The notes below the pieces were generated by a model, which saw only the letters and a list, made by a program, of their open reading frames with translations, did no database searches and was not told the DNA's origin. The translations under genes were made by a program, and so were the position numbers. A stretch of 64,000 bases of DNA from Zancudomyces culisetae HAW-14-8 (lineage: Eukaryota > Fungi > Kickxellomycota): NCBI GenBank assembly GCA_052426225.1, contig JBNJNM010000007.1:62001-126000 (forward strand), given 5' to 3'. Below are positions 1 to 12,040 of the stretch, piece after piece. The first letter of the stretch is position 1, and every line of letters starts with the position of its first letter.

Positions 1-1599
1 CGGTACTGTATGTGGATAGTCTATCAACAACTCCAACCGGTTCTCCGTCGTTGAATTTATCATTATCTGTGCTATACTCAATACCAACACATACAAATCA
101 AATTCTACCGGCTGTATCTTCATCTTCTTTGCCCCCAACTTGCTCACATCCAATATCGTATTCAGCAAATCACACAAATGAAGACTCGCATTGTTGATAT
201 GTCCAATCGTCACCCGTGTCTCCGCATCCAACGTATCGTCATCTATCAACAACTCGGTCCATCCTATAATCGCACTCGTCGGCGTCCTCAACTCATGTGA
301 AAGCTGTGATACCAATTGCATCTGTCTTTTACTTACATCCGACGCCGATTGTGACGCTGCACACGCCTTTACCACCAACACTCCCACTACCCTTGACACT
401 AATATCCCTATCACACAAAATATCCCCGAAAGCCACATCGTTTCTATCCCTCGCTCTCCCACCTTCACCCGTATTCTTTTCCACTCTGTAATTACATTCA
501 TTATATTTATCTCTCCCTCTTTTCCTCCTAAACTCCAAGTTGCTGCTTTTATATAAAACTCTGTATCTGGTGCTATAAACATCACTATCACTACATATAT
601 TCCTATCATAATCACCATATCTGTCTTCACAAGCCTCTTTAAACTCAACCCCACCATAAGCATTATGTACCCTACATGTATCGGTGTCTCTATCGCTGAC
701 CAATCCCTTACCCCAACATTTATCACCGCTAATCCCATCATCACATAATTTCCCATGTTTATAAAATACCTTTTGCTTTTCACTTTATCTGTATAATATA
801 GTACACCCGCAACTGTCGCCAATAGTAATACCCACCTTATTCTATATACACCACTCAGAACCCCCAAAATTCCACTAAACCCCCTCACATCCAATCTTCC
901 CAGCAGACTCTGTATTCTCTTTTGCTGGAGCTCTCCAATTGCCAAATTCATTACTTTTGCTACCGGTGCTTGAATACTATTCTGCATCTCCCCCTCCAAC
1001 CCATACCCATACATATACCCTGAATCTGTAATCGTCGACTTCCCAAAATACACTTGTAGTATTTTCGATATCATTATCATTATTATAAATGCATAAAACC
1101 CCCTCGCCAATATTACATTTGAAAAAAAACTGTCTAGGTACTCCAAATCATCTTGTGTTGGTTCTGGTATAACCACCGAAATTATCCATTTGTATATACT
1201 GCTTATCCTGTTCAGAAATTCATTCCGTTCTGCTTTACCCGATTGCCTTGACATCCTAAAAAACCATATCCCACCCTTCTTCTTCTTCTTTCTCTTCTTT
1301 TTCTTGTTGTCGTTGTTGTTGTTGTTGTTATTGCTGTTGCTGTTGCTATTGCTATTGCTATTTCTATTGCTATTAATGTTATTTCTTCGCCCTTTATACT
1401 GCTCCTTTTTTGATAATGTCGTGCTTTTCGAGTTTGCTCTTGGCTTTGTTTGCTCAGTTGTTTCAACGCCTTTGTTGAACCGCGCAACTTCTGCATCTAC
1501 TTCGCCTCCCACAAGTATATCCTCGGTATTTTCATTCTCTGAGCTTTTAAACATTTTCGACTCGATCATTTTTTTAACACTCCAGCCGTTTCTATTCAT
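1..1599 (-). CDS. Membrane-bound sensor histidine kinase (probably hybrid type), 3' end runs off the window
   Basis: Not in the ORF track because there is no stop in the window. Hand translation from ATG at 1599 is open for 533 codons to position 1. It has an N/S low-complexity tract, KKKKRKKKKK, about 6 hydrophobic segments, then the HisKA H-box SQLSHELRTPTSAIIGWTELL (His codon 297-295), LLNTILDVSKL and the lead-in to the HATPase domain (LELLIDYPHTVP). There is an in-frame stop upstream at 1659-1657. Confidence 0.92.
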   Translation of the reverse strand, partial: MNRNGWSVKKMIESKMFKSSENENTEDILVGGEVDAEVARFNKGVETTEQTKPRANSKSTTLSKKEQYKGRRNNINSNRNSNSNSNSNSNNNNNNNDNKKKKRKKKKKGGIWFFRMSRQSGKAERNEFLNRISSIYKWIISVVIPEPTQDDLEYLDSFFSNVILARGFYAFIIMIMISKILQVYFGKSTITDSGYMYGYGLEGEMQNSIQAPVAKVMNLAIGELQQKRIQSLLGRLDVRGFSGILGVLSGVYRIRWVLLLATVAGVLYYTDKVKSKRYFINMGNYVMMGLAVINVGVRDWSAIETPIHVGYIMLMVGLSLKRLVKTDMVIMIGIYVVIVMFIAPDTEFYIKAATWSLGGKEGEINIMNVITEWKRIRVKVGERGIETMWLSGIFCVIGILVSRVVGVLVVKACAASQSASDVSKRQMQLVSQLSHELRTPTSAIIGWTELLIDDDTLDAETRVTIGHINNASLHLCDLLNTILDVSKLGAKKMKIQPVEFDLYVLVLSIAQIMINSTTENRLELLIDYPHTVP

Positions 1600-3381
1600 T
1601 CTAGTTTTATCATAGTATTGTACTTTTTCATATCGGCTTATATTTCCCTCCCTCTTTTATCGGTCTTGTTCTCGCTTTCTTTCCTGTTTTTCCTTTTTTT
1701 TTTCTTTACCAAATTTGAATATCACTGTTTTACTCTCTTTAAATCCAATTTTCTTTTTTCTTTTCCTTTACTGTTCTCATTCACAATAAAATAAAAAGGA
1801 ATAAAAAGAGGTACTAATTTCAATAGTAATATCGTTTATCGTATCTCGTCTCGTTATTTACTTTTTTTTTCTATGCTAAATTTTAATTATAACCTCACCA
1901 TCACATTAATTGTTATATTTAGTACAAATTTGTCTTTGCTATATTATTAATATTATTAATATTACTAATATTCAAAAGTTTTAATTGCACTTTGCACTTT
2001 GTGTGCTACTAGCCAAAATCTTATAAAATGTAAGCTTGAAACTTTTTCTTTTTTATTCTCTACCAAATTTCTTTTGATTCTTTTTTTATTATTTTTGAAT
2101 TGGGTAGGAAGTTGAGTGGAGGAAGGATAAAGAGAAAGAGAAAGAGAAAAAGTAAGAGCAAAAGCAAGACTTCAGATTAAGAAGTATTGTGATTTCCAGA
2201 AATTTTACGTTATTCAGCTTTTTTTTTTTTTTACACTGCAAGCATTGCAGTATTATTTATTTGCGATTTTTTTTTTTTTGGTAATAAAAAAATTAGTTTT
2301 AACCAGATTCAAAAACCTCTAATTAAAAATTTTTCTTTTACTTGTTTTTTTATAATTGAATTAAAGCAATTATCGAATGTTTTTCATTTCATTTGCTAAA
2401 TACCACGAATTCTTGGTGATTATTTCGTTTTGCAAATAAATAAAGCCTTTAGAAAATTTTAATCATTTTTATTTTGTTTTTATTTCCTTTATTAGCTATA
2501 ATACTGATTCATGCTTAATTTTTTAATCTCCCACTTGCACTCACTCATACTCTTACTCATACTCACACTCATACTCACACACCCTTTCATTTAATCACTT
2601 CTCTTCACTTCTCCTCCCTTCATTTCCCTCCTTCCCTCCCCCCCCCTTCTCCATATCCTATGATTTTAAATTTATCTCTTTAAGTTCATAATGTACATGT
2701 GTGTGTGAGGTTTTACAAGGAATTGAATAATTGCATTGTGAAAAGATCATCAAATGGAAGTGCATACAAAACAACCAAATCTTCCATGATGTTTGGGAAT
2801 GTTGTTTTTCTGCAAGATGGGTAGGGGGGGAAAGTAGAAGCAAGGAGGAAGGGGAGGGGAAAGAAATTTGGTATGGAGAGAAACGTGATGTATCATTTCC
2901 TCTCAACAAATCTTTTAATAGTCATACATTGCTCGTTTATCGCGCTTCATCTTTTCTCATTTTCTCTATTTCTTTTTCAGCCACTATTAGAGGTGTTTCT
3001 TTGTAAATGACGGAATTACCTGGAAAATGTGGTTAAAAATATTTTCTTTTTTCCATTATCTTTTGATCCTAACAAACACACATACACACCTCTCTCTTGC
3101 CCAACACTCTGTCGTCAACAGCACCGCCATCATAATACATTTTGGTACAATTTTATTGTAATAATCCTAAATATTCACTCGATATAGCTTGCACGTACAT
3201 TAGTCCGCTTTGCTTTAACCTTCATTTAAAGAATAAAAAGTAAAAATTTTAAAAAAAAAAACCAAGTATGCAAGCCCAATTTGCTGTTTCGGGTTGCAGC
3301 TTGGTCGACAAAAACGTAAAGTGATTTAACAAAATCATGTTTAGTAAAAAAAAATAAAATGAATACATTAACACCCATATG

Positions 3382-3408
3382 CACACACACACACACACAC
3401 ACACACAC
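3382..3408. repeat. (CA)n microsatellite, ~13 units
   Basis: Perfect CA run read directly from the sequence. Confidence 0.9.
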
Positions 3409-5268
3409 TTTCATTCATCCATCCATTCATTCTTTCATTCCCTTGCTAACAAAAAGAAAATAATTATACAAGATAAAAGAAACGGGAGCAGTCATCAAGT
3501 GTCGTCTTGGAGCCAACATGCCAAAAACAAAAAAAACGGAATGGAATTGAATGGAAAGGGTTTACCCATCTTATGAATTCCTTTGGTTCTTGCATTTATT
3601 TTCTAGTGCATAATAATAGTAGTCAAAAAAAAAAACAATTGATGGTGACTCAGAATTGAATTAACCAATATCCCCTAAATTATCACGGGAAACTCTACAG
3701 AAAACCTACAACAAAAAAAAAACAATCAGAGTTATTTGTCACCAGTTTGAAATAATAAAAAATGCGACTAAAATCCGTCCCCTGTATTTATGCAAGGATA
3801 AGGGACAAGAACTGTTTGACTGTTTCACCTTTTATTTGACCTTTTACTTGTCTCATTAGGAACCTCTAGTTCACCTTGCAAAACAGTACCATATAGTCCC
3901 CTTTGAAAATCGTTTTTTCTTCTTCTTTTCCTTTTCCTTTTTTGTTTTTCATTTTGCCTTGTTTTCCTATTTTTTTGTCAGTTTGCCATGTGCATTGCTT
4001 GTTGATCATAAAAAAATAACCTCCTTGCCTCTCTTATACTTTCATCTCTATCACTATTTTCTCTAATTACAAAGCACTTTGGGTTTTTAAAACCGAATGT
4101 TATTTATATTCACCATGTTGACTCTTTTTATGTGGTAACCAAACACGTCCTTTTCTAAACATAGCCAATAGAAAAGCTTCACTCTGCTCCACATTCTCTT
4201 TCAAATCAAATGCTAAAACGGAACACGTCATCGTCTATTATGTAGATATTGCCCTTTAGTTTATTATTCGCACTGTGAATACATTGCTTGATGTCGTCAG
4301 CACTTACATGGAGCTACAAATGTTCAAAACCCATCTTTTTTTTTGGGAATATATTCAAATGATCATGCGAGAGCAAGAACAAGAACAAGGAACGCAGTGG
4401 CCGTAGAATAACGTATCCACAAATATCTCCTTCTCCTTCTCCCTCTTCTTACAAATGCCAAGTAAAGCGAATTCAACCGGCAACTGCGATCATACTTCTT
4501 TCATGTTTTATAAACCAGTTTGCCACTTTTCTCATACTCTCCCTCCTCTCCTTTTCCATCTCCTTTCTCTATTATTTCTAATCAGGCTGTTTTTGTGGTA
4601 TCGTCCTCTGCTATACCCACAAATAAAAAAATAAAGTCATACCAAGCAATGAACTATCAATAATAAGCTCTTATCCAAATATTATCTTATTGCTAGTTTT
4701 TTTGTGAATAATCAACACAATAGGTTTGGAAGAGAGTGATGTTGGTATATACTCAACGCTTATCCACCCATCTGGTTTATCAGCCGGACCAACATCTACC
4801 AAAAGTTATGAAAAATTCCATGGTACTTATTTTCAGGAAAATCGGTTGAAACGAAGCATTGTGCTTGACATTAGCTCTTGAATACTAGTCTTTTTTTGTT
4901 AATATGATAAAAGTATCCCAATTAAACACATAATCGTTTTATTGTGAAAGTCAGAAAATACATTTATCTATTTACCACTATTGTCACTACCAACTTTGCT
5001 GGCACTGGCAAGTTTCTATATTTATATCCACCTAGTCTAGTAAACTCTGCCTGATGAAAAAAAAAAATTTTTTTTTTCTGTCTGAGATCAAGCTATAGAT
5101 GATTGGGACGAAGGGAAGAAAATGGGTGGGGGAGAACTGGATCGTATTTGAAATACAATAAAATGAAAAAAAAAGCTAGACTGCATTTCTTTTTCAGTTT
5201 TAGTATAGCAAAGAGATTCACAAGCTTTTTCGATATTTCAAAGTAGTAGACAGATAATAGGAAAAAAA

Positions 5269-5737
5269 ATGTTGTTTTGTCCCTGTTGTTGTAACATGCT
5301 TCTCATACAAACAGACGCCGGTGAACATGGAGAAAGCTGCTTTGTTTGTCAAACTTGTCCGTATATATATCCAGTTCATAGACCGCTAGTAACGAGAACT
5401 GTTTTGAAAAAGAAGCCTGTTGATGATGTATTGGGTGGTGACAATGCGTGGAAAAACGTCGATTCTATACAAGGTACAGTGAAACACTACTACAAAATAT
5501 TTTTACTTTTGTCTATGAATAAAGGGGGTTTGTTATTGTTTAGTATAAAATTGATGATTGGAACCAAATAATTATATAATAATATTGATACTGTGAATGA
5601 TTATAGCTGTATGTCCAAAGTGCGAACACGACAGAGCCTACTTTATGCAGATTCAAATTCGATCTGCTGACGAACCTATGACTACTTTTTACAAATGCTG
5701 TAATCCCGATTGTGGACATCAATGGCGCGAAAACTAA
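5269..5737 (+). CDS. RPC11: RNA polymerase III subunit C11 (111 aa, 2 exons)
   Basis: Exons 5269-5473 and 5607-5737 (GT..AG intron 5474-5606). N-terminal zinc ribbon FCPCCCN...CQTCPY, VDDVLGG, and C-terminal TFIIS-like ribbon CPKCEHDRAYFMQIQIRSADEPMTTFYKC. Confidence 0.96.
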
Positions 5738-6639
5738 TTTCATTTCCGAATCTCGATGAAAACACGAATGGGCGGGAAAAAAAATAAAGATAAAACAATC
5801 ATTTTATCATTTATCATTTCCTCCATTTTGGCCAAGATCTCTTTCGATTGTATTTTAAAATAAAAATCCCACATTGTACCTTACAATCATTGATTCCCAC
5901 CTCCCCTCCCCCCCCCTCTTCCCTAGAAAATAATCCAGAGAAGAAAAAAAAAGAACTTGTATATATTTTACGCAAACTCGTACAAAAGGTTGAAGGATAA
6001 TTATGAGTGACATTGCTTTACTATGAAATCTACTTTACGGTAATTCGATCTGAAAGCGCATTGTATAGGCACTAAACGGTCAAAAAAAAGCGACAAACTC
6101 ATTTTTATTCATCTGTCTTTTAAAATATCCCACCGCATACACACACTTTAGAAACTGCTAAAAAATTTAGCTATTCTCACCAGTATAGTATTTCATTTGG
6201 CAATATTTATGATTGCGCGTTTATACGATTTATCCCATTCGACTTGAGGTTATCATCAACTACAACTTGCCAAGCATCATTTAGAAATAAACAAATATTT
6301 GTTTCGTCTCAAAACATTTTTGTGTCTAGAACAGATCATGAATTGTGTTTAGTAAACATGTTACAAGATACATACATTTTACCTGGTTAAACAACCAAGA
6401 CTAAAACGTTTTATACGCAAGTGGTTCAATATGGGCAATATAATATAATGGTTATAATTTTTGTTTTTACAGCCACTATTGGTTTAGCAGTTTACTGAAA
6501 ATAATAGGAGGTATACGATAATCCCTATTGTTTTCAACCAGAATTCTTTTTCCATCTCGACGCAAGTATGACCTGGCACATAGAATAATGTTTAAAAAAA
6601 TAATGTACACTTCTTCCTCCCTCATCTAAATCTGTATGT

Positions 6640-6660
6640 ACACACACACACACACACACA
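6640..6660. repeat. (CA)10 microsatellite
   Basis: Perfect CA run read directly from the sequence. Confidence 0.85.
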
Positions 6661-9600
6661 TACACGCAAATATATTTATATATCTGGGGAACTCGGAATA
6701 TTCTTGATGGTTATATGCACTGTGCCAGAAAAAACAATCTTTGCTGATTTCAACTCCTTCGGCTATCTAAGCTACACCCGGTTACAGATATTTCAGGCAA
6801 CCTATAAACTTGTGTGAAAAAAAAAAGTCGGGGCATATAGACTTTAATTCGAATACATTTCTACCAAGCCACACTTAGTCATCCCTCACTGTTCACCCGT
6901 TTTGTCACTATACTTGGGTCTAACATAAAAGTTAATAGTAGAGTGTATTTTGTTGTGCTTTTGATATACTTAGGTTCATTTTTAAAACTATATTCGCTTT
7001 TTTTTTTGTTTTTTTTTTCGGAATCTGAAATTTATCATTTGGTTCACTAAAGTAGTCACACATTTGTGCAACGCACCAGTGAAAAAAAAAATCACTGGTT
7101 AAATCAACTGACTAAAAGTACTAAAGTGATAAAGCCGAGAATCATTATAGTAACCCTTTATCCTCTCACTAATTATTTTTTTTTGTAACCGTTTAAATTA
7201 GCATCCATATCACAGTGTTTAATGATACAACATACAAAATTTTCACAGGAAATTCCGTTTTTATAACCTTATTCGCATCATAGGATTATTGTGATGCCGA
7301 ATAAAATCCAAAATTAGCCAATCGGTAGAAAACAAAACTAAAGCAAATGTTTTTGGATTCGCTATAAAGTAATACCAAAGCTGTATTTATACAGTTTTAC
7401 ATTTCCACTTAAAACCTATTAGCTACAAACTCTGTTTCCCAAAAATTCCTGACATTTATTTGCTCAGACCTTACGGATTGAGAGAAAAAATGAAAATAAA
7501 AAACGAAAATCAGAACGAGAGGGAGGAAACGAGGATGTTGTAGATTAAAATGGCCTAATCCCCTAAATCATAACAAATCTATAGGCCTTCCTTGTTTCAT
7601 GATTAGCAAATTAAACCTTTATTGGATACTGTAAATATGAGGGTACTGGTGGACGGCAAGCACAGAAATATAACTGGTGTTACTAACAACAGTTGTAGCA
7701 AATAGGATGGAGAGGGAGAGGAAAAAAAAGACCTTTGGATCTGAACTTAAAAAGCTTATTTTAAAACTAAAAATCACAAACCAGAAAGTGTAAACGTGCA
7801 TTTTAGATAACACGCTTCCTTGAATTGTTACAATTTAGCTTTAGCAAAACTCTAAACAATGCATGCATTAATGTACACTCGTCCACGCTATTATTGTTTG
7901 CGTTTAGATATTTGGTGTGAATTTTCGAGTTTGCTAGGTTTAATGCACATCCTTTTGATTGTTTTTAACTTTGTTTAGTTTTTGTTAATGATTCGCGGAA
8001 GAAGTAGAATGTTTCAAATACAAGTTGGTAGAAAAAAAAATGAAAAAAAAAAACGTGTTATTGCTTAAAAGTGTGTTGAGTATCGCAGGAGTATCTTTGC
8101 CAGGTTGGAGACTAATCTTTTTTTTGAATTGCAATAATAAAAACACTATCAACTGAAAAAGGGTACAACTTCTTGTTTACATAGATGGGATGATAAATTA
8201 ATTGAAATTTGTTTCAAGATGAAAAAGTAAATTTATAGATGGTGTTGGCTTCAAAGTTAATTGGTACTTTTTTAGTAATACAATCAAGTTGATAAAAGTA
8301 AAGGCGAGAGCAGTAAGGGTGGGTGAAAGAGAGGAAGGGGAAGAGGAAGAGGAGGGGGTGAGTGGTGAGAGGTGAGAGGTGAGAGGTGCAAATGAGTTGT
8401 TGAATAAACGGATGTTGATGCCTGATTATAATGGCCTAATTGTGATACATCTATAGAAACTAAAAAAAAGTAATAACCATACTTTACAAAATAAATGCCC
8501 GTAATATATTTAGCTTGCTTGAACACAACCATTTTTTTATAATTTTGTAAACGTGCTATTACATCTATTTGTGTCCAGACACATGAATACTACTGCTATA
8601 TTAGGTAGAGCGTTGATTCTAAAAATAAGACCCTCTCCCCTCCCCAAAGATACAAAATTGGTTGGTATTATTAAGCATACCTAACCTTGTACCATAAGCA
8701 TGGGAGTATTTTTCACTTGGTTCTATATTTTTTTGCCGAAGATATATCGAGTATAGGTCTTTACCCGTGTTGGGGGGGGGGCGGGCAGGACTTTACAAAA
8801 GTAATATGTTAATCAAGTGATTTATTTTTGGTTTCAAACTAAGGTTGTACGTAAATAAAATAGGTCCTAAAAAAGAAAAAAAAACATGAATGACAAATGA
8901 CATTTGGCATGCAGACTTTCTAACTGCGATTAATTTTGCAAATATAATGGTATTTGAAAAAAGGAACAACAAAAATACAGATTACGAATTAGCGATTAAT
9001 CCGTTTTTTATAAAGACTGAATTACAAAAAACTAGGTTGAACAATATTACTAGACTGTTAAAAATTACCCAACTCATCTTCAAAAAAAGGAAAAAATAAC
9101 AACGGGAATTACAAAAACAATTCCAGCGAATAATTTTTATTAAAACCCAACAATAAAGGTAAAAAAAAAAGACTATAGAAAACTTGCAGGGTTGTGCAAT
9201 ATTGGTAATAAACTAAACAGGTAAAAAGAGGAATACGCCGGAAAAAAATAAATCAGAAGCCATCAAGTTGGAATTGCACAGAAATCCTTTCTTTTTTTTT
9301 TAGTGTTTTACTATTTCTTGACTTTTGAATGCAAACTCGCAAGTTTTGAACTGAGTACCAAACAGGGTATTGTAATATAAATATTCCGATAAATGTCATT
9401 ATCCAGGAAAGTATAAGTATAAGAACTAGACACGGTAAGCTATTTGTCTTTTATTTCAGGAGACTAAATGGAGTACATGTGGATTCGGCTATAATTTGTC
9501 AAAACCAACAAGAGAAATTGTATTTATTTTATTTTTTTATTTTTCAAAATAGTAGATGAAGATTGTAAACTATCAAAAAACAGAAAAGGCGTATACATTA

Positions 9601-10061
9601 AAACAAATACGTTGAAATTGTATGTTTTACGAATCCCTTTAGTCCTTAAAAAAGAGAGAAAAAAAAAAAGAGATTGAACTAGAAAATCAAGAGTCTTATA
9701 GACTAAACCAACACGCGTTTTTTTTTTGGGACTGTATAAATATCAAAAAGCAAAAGTGCGATTACAATATAACATTAAAAGTAAAGAGAATAGATAATCA
9801 CGAAATCTATAAAAAAAGAGTAAAAGAACGAAGCAAGATATAAAAATAGAAATAAAACTCGGATATAAATAGAAATACACGGCAACGAAAACCAAAAAAA
9901 ATAAATAGGAAAACGAACGTAATAATACCACTCTTCGGACGATAACAAGTAGTTCAAATAAAACGAATAAATAAACAAGTAATAATAATATTCAGTAATA
10001 GCACCTGTTCTCCCCCCACCCCCATCTATAACTAAAAAAACAGCAACAGGAGGGAAAAAAA

Positions 10062-12038
10062 ATGTTTGGAAGATACGATAAACCAACCACCAGGGAAAGA
10101 AACTATAGAGAAAAAGAAAAGCATGGAGAACATAGAGGCAGAGAAGCGGAAATGGAACTGCATCGGTACAGGACAAGAGGAGCAGATACTATGGATGTAG
10201 AGGAAATGGAACAGAGAGAAAGAGAAAGATACATAGGAAAACCAGGGTACGCCGGAGAGTATGAAAATGGAGATCATGTGGCAAAGGGGAGTAGAGAAAG
10301 ACGTGGAACAGAGATGCAACATCGGTATAAAGATGGACAGGGAGTGTATTATGAAGATATTGCGGAAGGGGCAGATATGATGCAAGGCGGAAGAAGGATG
10401 AATATGTGGGGGAGAACAAGGAGGTACTTGGGACTAAACAGCGAGAGAGAGAGTTATGGCGCCAGTAATGAGGAGGAAGAGGAGCCTGAAAGAGCGGGAA
10501 GTGTTACACAAAGGAATGCATACCTGCTTGGGTTGGAGCCACAAATCCGAAGAAAAATAGAGGTGGCACAGGTATATTTTATGGACTACTATTTCAGTCA
10601 GCTGTCGTATATATATAATCGGAGACTTAGATTAGAGGAGTTTAAAGACGCGATAAATGCAGTTCCATCTACAAGGGCACATCTGGAACAAGCATGGAGA
10701 AACCACTGTATGAATGAAACATCAGCGTTGAGACGAAGGCGGCAAAGAACAAGAGAAAAAGAGTTTGATGTGCTTGCACAAATAGGACAGGGAGGGTATG
10801 GAAAGGTATATCTAGCACGTAAAAGAGATACAGGGGAGGTGAGTGCATTGAAAAAAATGAATAAGAGGCAGCTATTTAAACTGAATGAGGTGCAACACGT
10901 GTTGACAGAGCGCGACATACTGCGAACGAGCAAGTCGGTGTGGCTCGTAAAGTTGCTATATGCGTTTCAAGATACCGAACATGTATATTTGGCTATGGAA
11001 TATGTGCCAGGAGGGGATGTGCGCACACTGCTAAACAGCAATGGTATCTTGTTGAACAAATACACACGGTTTTATGTTGCCGAGATGTTTGTGGCAGTGT
11101 CAGCGCTACACACTTTGGGATATGTACACCGAGATCTGAAGCCAGAAAACTTTATGATAGATGGAACAGGCCATATCAAGCTGACTGATTTTGGATTGTC
11201 ACAGGGACAGCTGAGTAGAGAGCGATTGAAAAACATGAAGGAAAAGTTGGAGCGGATCAAGGATCAAGAGATAGTGTATCATACCTGTACAGAGAAACGC
11301 AGTTTCTACAAAGCGTGGCGCCGCGATGAAATGCCTCAAGCCTACTCAATAGTTGGCTCTCCTGACTACATGGCTCCTGAAATTTTGTATACTTCAATAG
11401 CTCTGGCCAAACTAAAGGAAAACAGCGAACCAACCGATCCCCGCACCCAAAAACAGCGCTATCCTCAGGGTGTAGGCTACGACTACCGCATCGACTACTG
11501 GTCTCTCGGCTGCATTCTATACGAATTTGTTGCTGGCTTTGCCCCCTTTACAGGTCCCAAGAGTGACGATGTGTGGCGCAACGTCTACCACTGGGAAAAG
11601 ACGTTTCAGAAACCCGATTTCGAGACCATAGAGGCTCGTGAAAACATGACCCCTGATACCTGGGATATGATTACCCGGCTGATTTCCCATGCTGACCAGC
11701 GGATGGCGTCACTGGAAGATGCTCAGGCCCACGAGTTCTTCCGTTGTTTTGATTTAGTGCGCATGCGTGAAAACGTCGAGCCTCCATTTGTGCCTGAGCT
11801 GGAGTCTGAGGTTGATACCGCCTACTTTGATGACTTTTCCAGTGCTCAAAACATGGATTTGTACAGGGAAGTTCTGAAAAAACAAGATGATTGCATGTCC
11901 CCCACCGCATCGGACGACCGCAAGTCCGGTTCTGGCACAACTCACACTGATCCCTCTCTAAACCTCCAGGAGCCTGCCTTCAACGCTTTTGCTGGTTTTA
12001 CTTACCGCCATAACAAATTAAACAACAGATATTTGTAG
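10062..12038 (+). CDS. DBF2: NDR/LATS-family AGC kinase Dbf2/Sid2 (mitotic exit / septation initiation network)
   Basis: Single ORF of 658 aa. Mob1-binding N-terminal region (YFMDYY...E..LRRRR), GQGGYG, HVLTERDIL, HRDLKPEN, DFG, long activation-loop insert, SIVGSPDYMAPE, PPFVPELESEVDTAYFDDF and hydrophobic motif FAGFTYR. Confidence 0.94.
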   Translation: MFGRYDKPTTRERNYREKEKHGEHRGREAEMELHRYRTRGADTMDVEEMEQRERERYIGKPGYAGEYENGDHVAKGSRERRGTEMQHRYKDGQGVYYEDIAEGADMMQGGRRMNMWGRTRRYLGLNSERESYGASNEEEEEPERAGSVTQRNAYLLGLEPQIRRKIEVAQVYFMDYYFSQLSYIYNRRLRLEEFKDAINAVPSTRAHLEQAWRNHCMNETSALRRRRQRTREKEFDVLAQIGQGGYGKVYLARKRDTGEVSALKKMNKRQLFKLNEVQHVLTERDILRTSKSVWLVKLLYAFQDTEHVYLAMEYVPGGDVRTLLNSNGILLNKYTRFYVAEMFVAVSALHTLGYVHRDLKPENFMIDGTGHIKLTDFGLSQGQLSRERLKNMKEKLERIKDQEIVYHTCTEKRSFYKAWRRDEMPQAYSIVGSPDYMAPEILYTSIALAKLKENSEPTDPRTQKQRYPQGVGYDYRIDYWSLGCILYEFVAGFAPFTGPKSDDVWRNVYHWEKTFQKPDFETIEARENMTPDTWDMITRLISHADQRMASLEDAQAHEFFRCFDLVRMRENVEPPFVPELESEVDTAYFDDFSSAQNMDLYREVLKKQDDCMSPTASDDRKSGSGTTHTDPSLNLQEPAFNAFAGFTYRHNKLNNRYL

Positions 12039-12040
12039 CT

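Noticed and set aside
12-1615. Short ORFs in the track (12-197, 191-556, 297-491, 329-703, 1190-1615, 1212-1496)
   Set aside because: They are antisense or off-frame shadows of the histidine kinase. The poly-Leu ORF is the reverse of its N/S/K repeats.
9435-9459. Apparent 25-nt intron (G|GTAAGC...TTTCAG|G) upstream of DBF2
   Set aside because: It is much shorter than the other introns here (about 74-180 nt) and has no branch point. The sites may belong to longer 5' UTR introns, but I cannot support a model.
9743-10419. Hydrophobic minus-strand ORFs overlapping the DBF2 5' region
   Set aside because: They result from the A/G-rich plus strand, which gives F/L/S-rich reverse frames, and carry no motifs.
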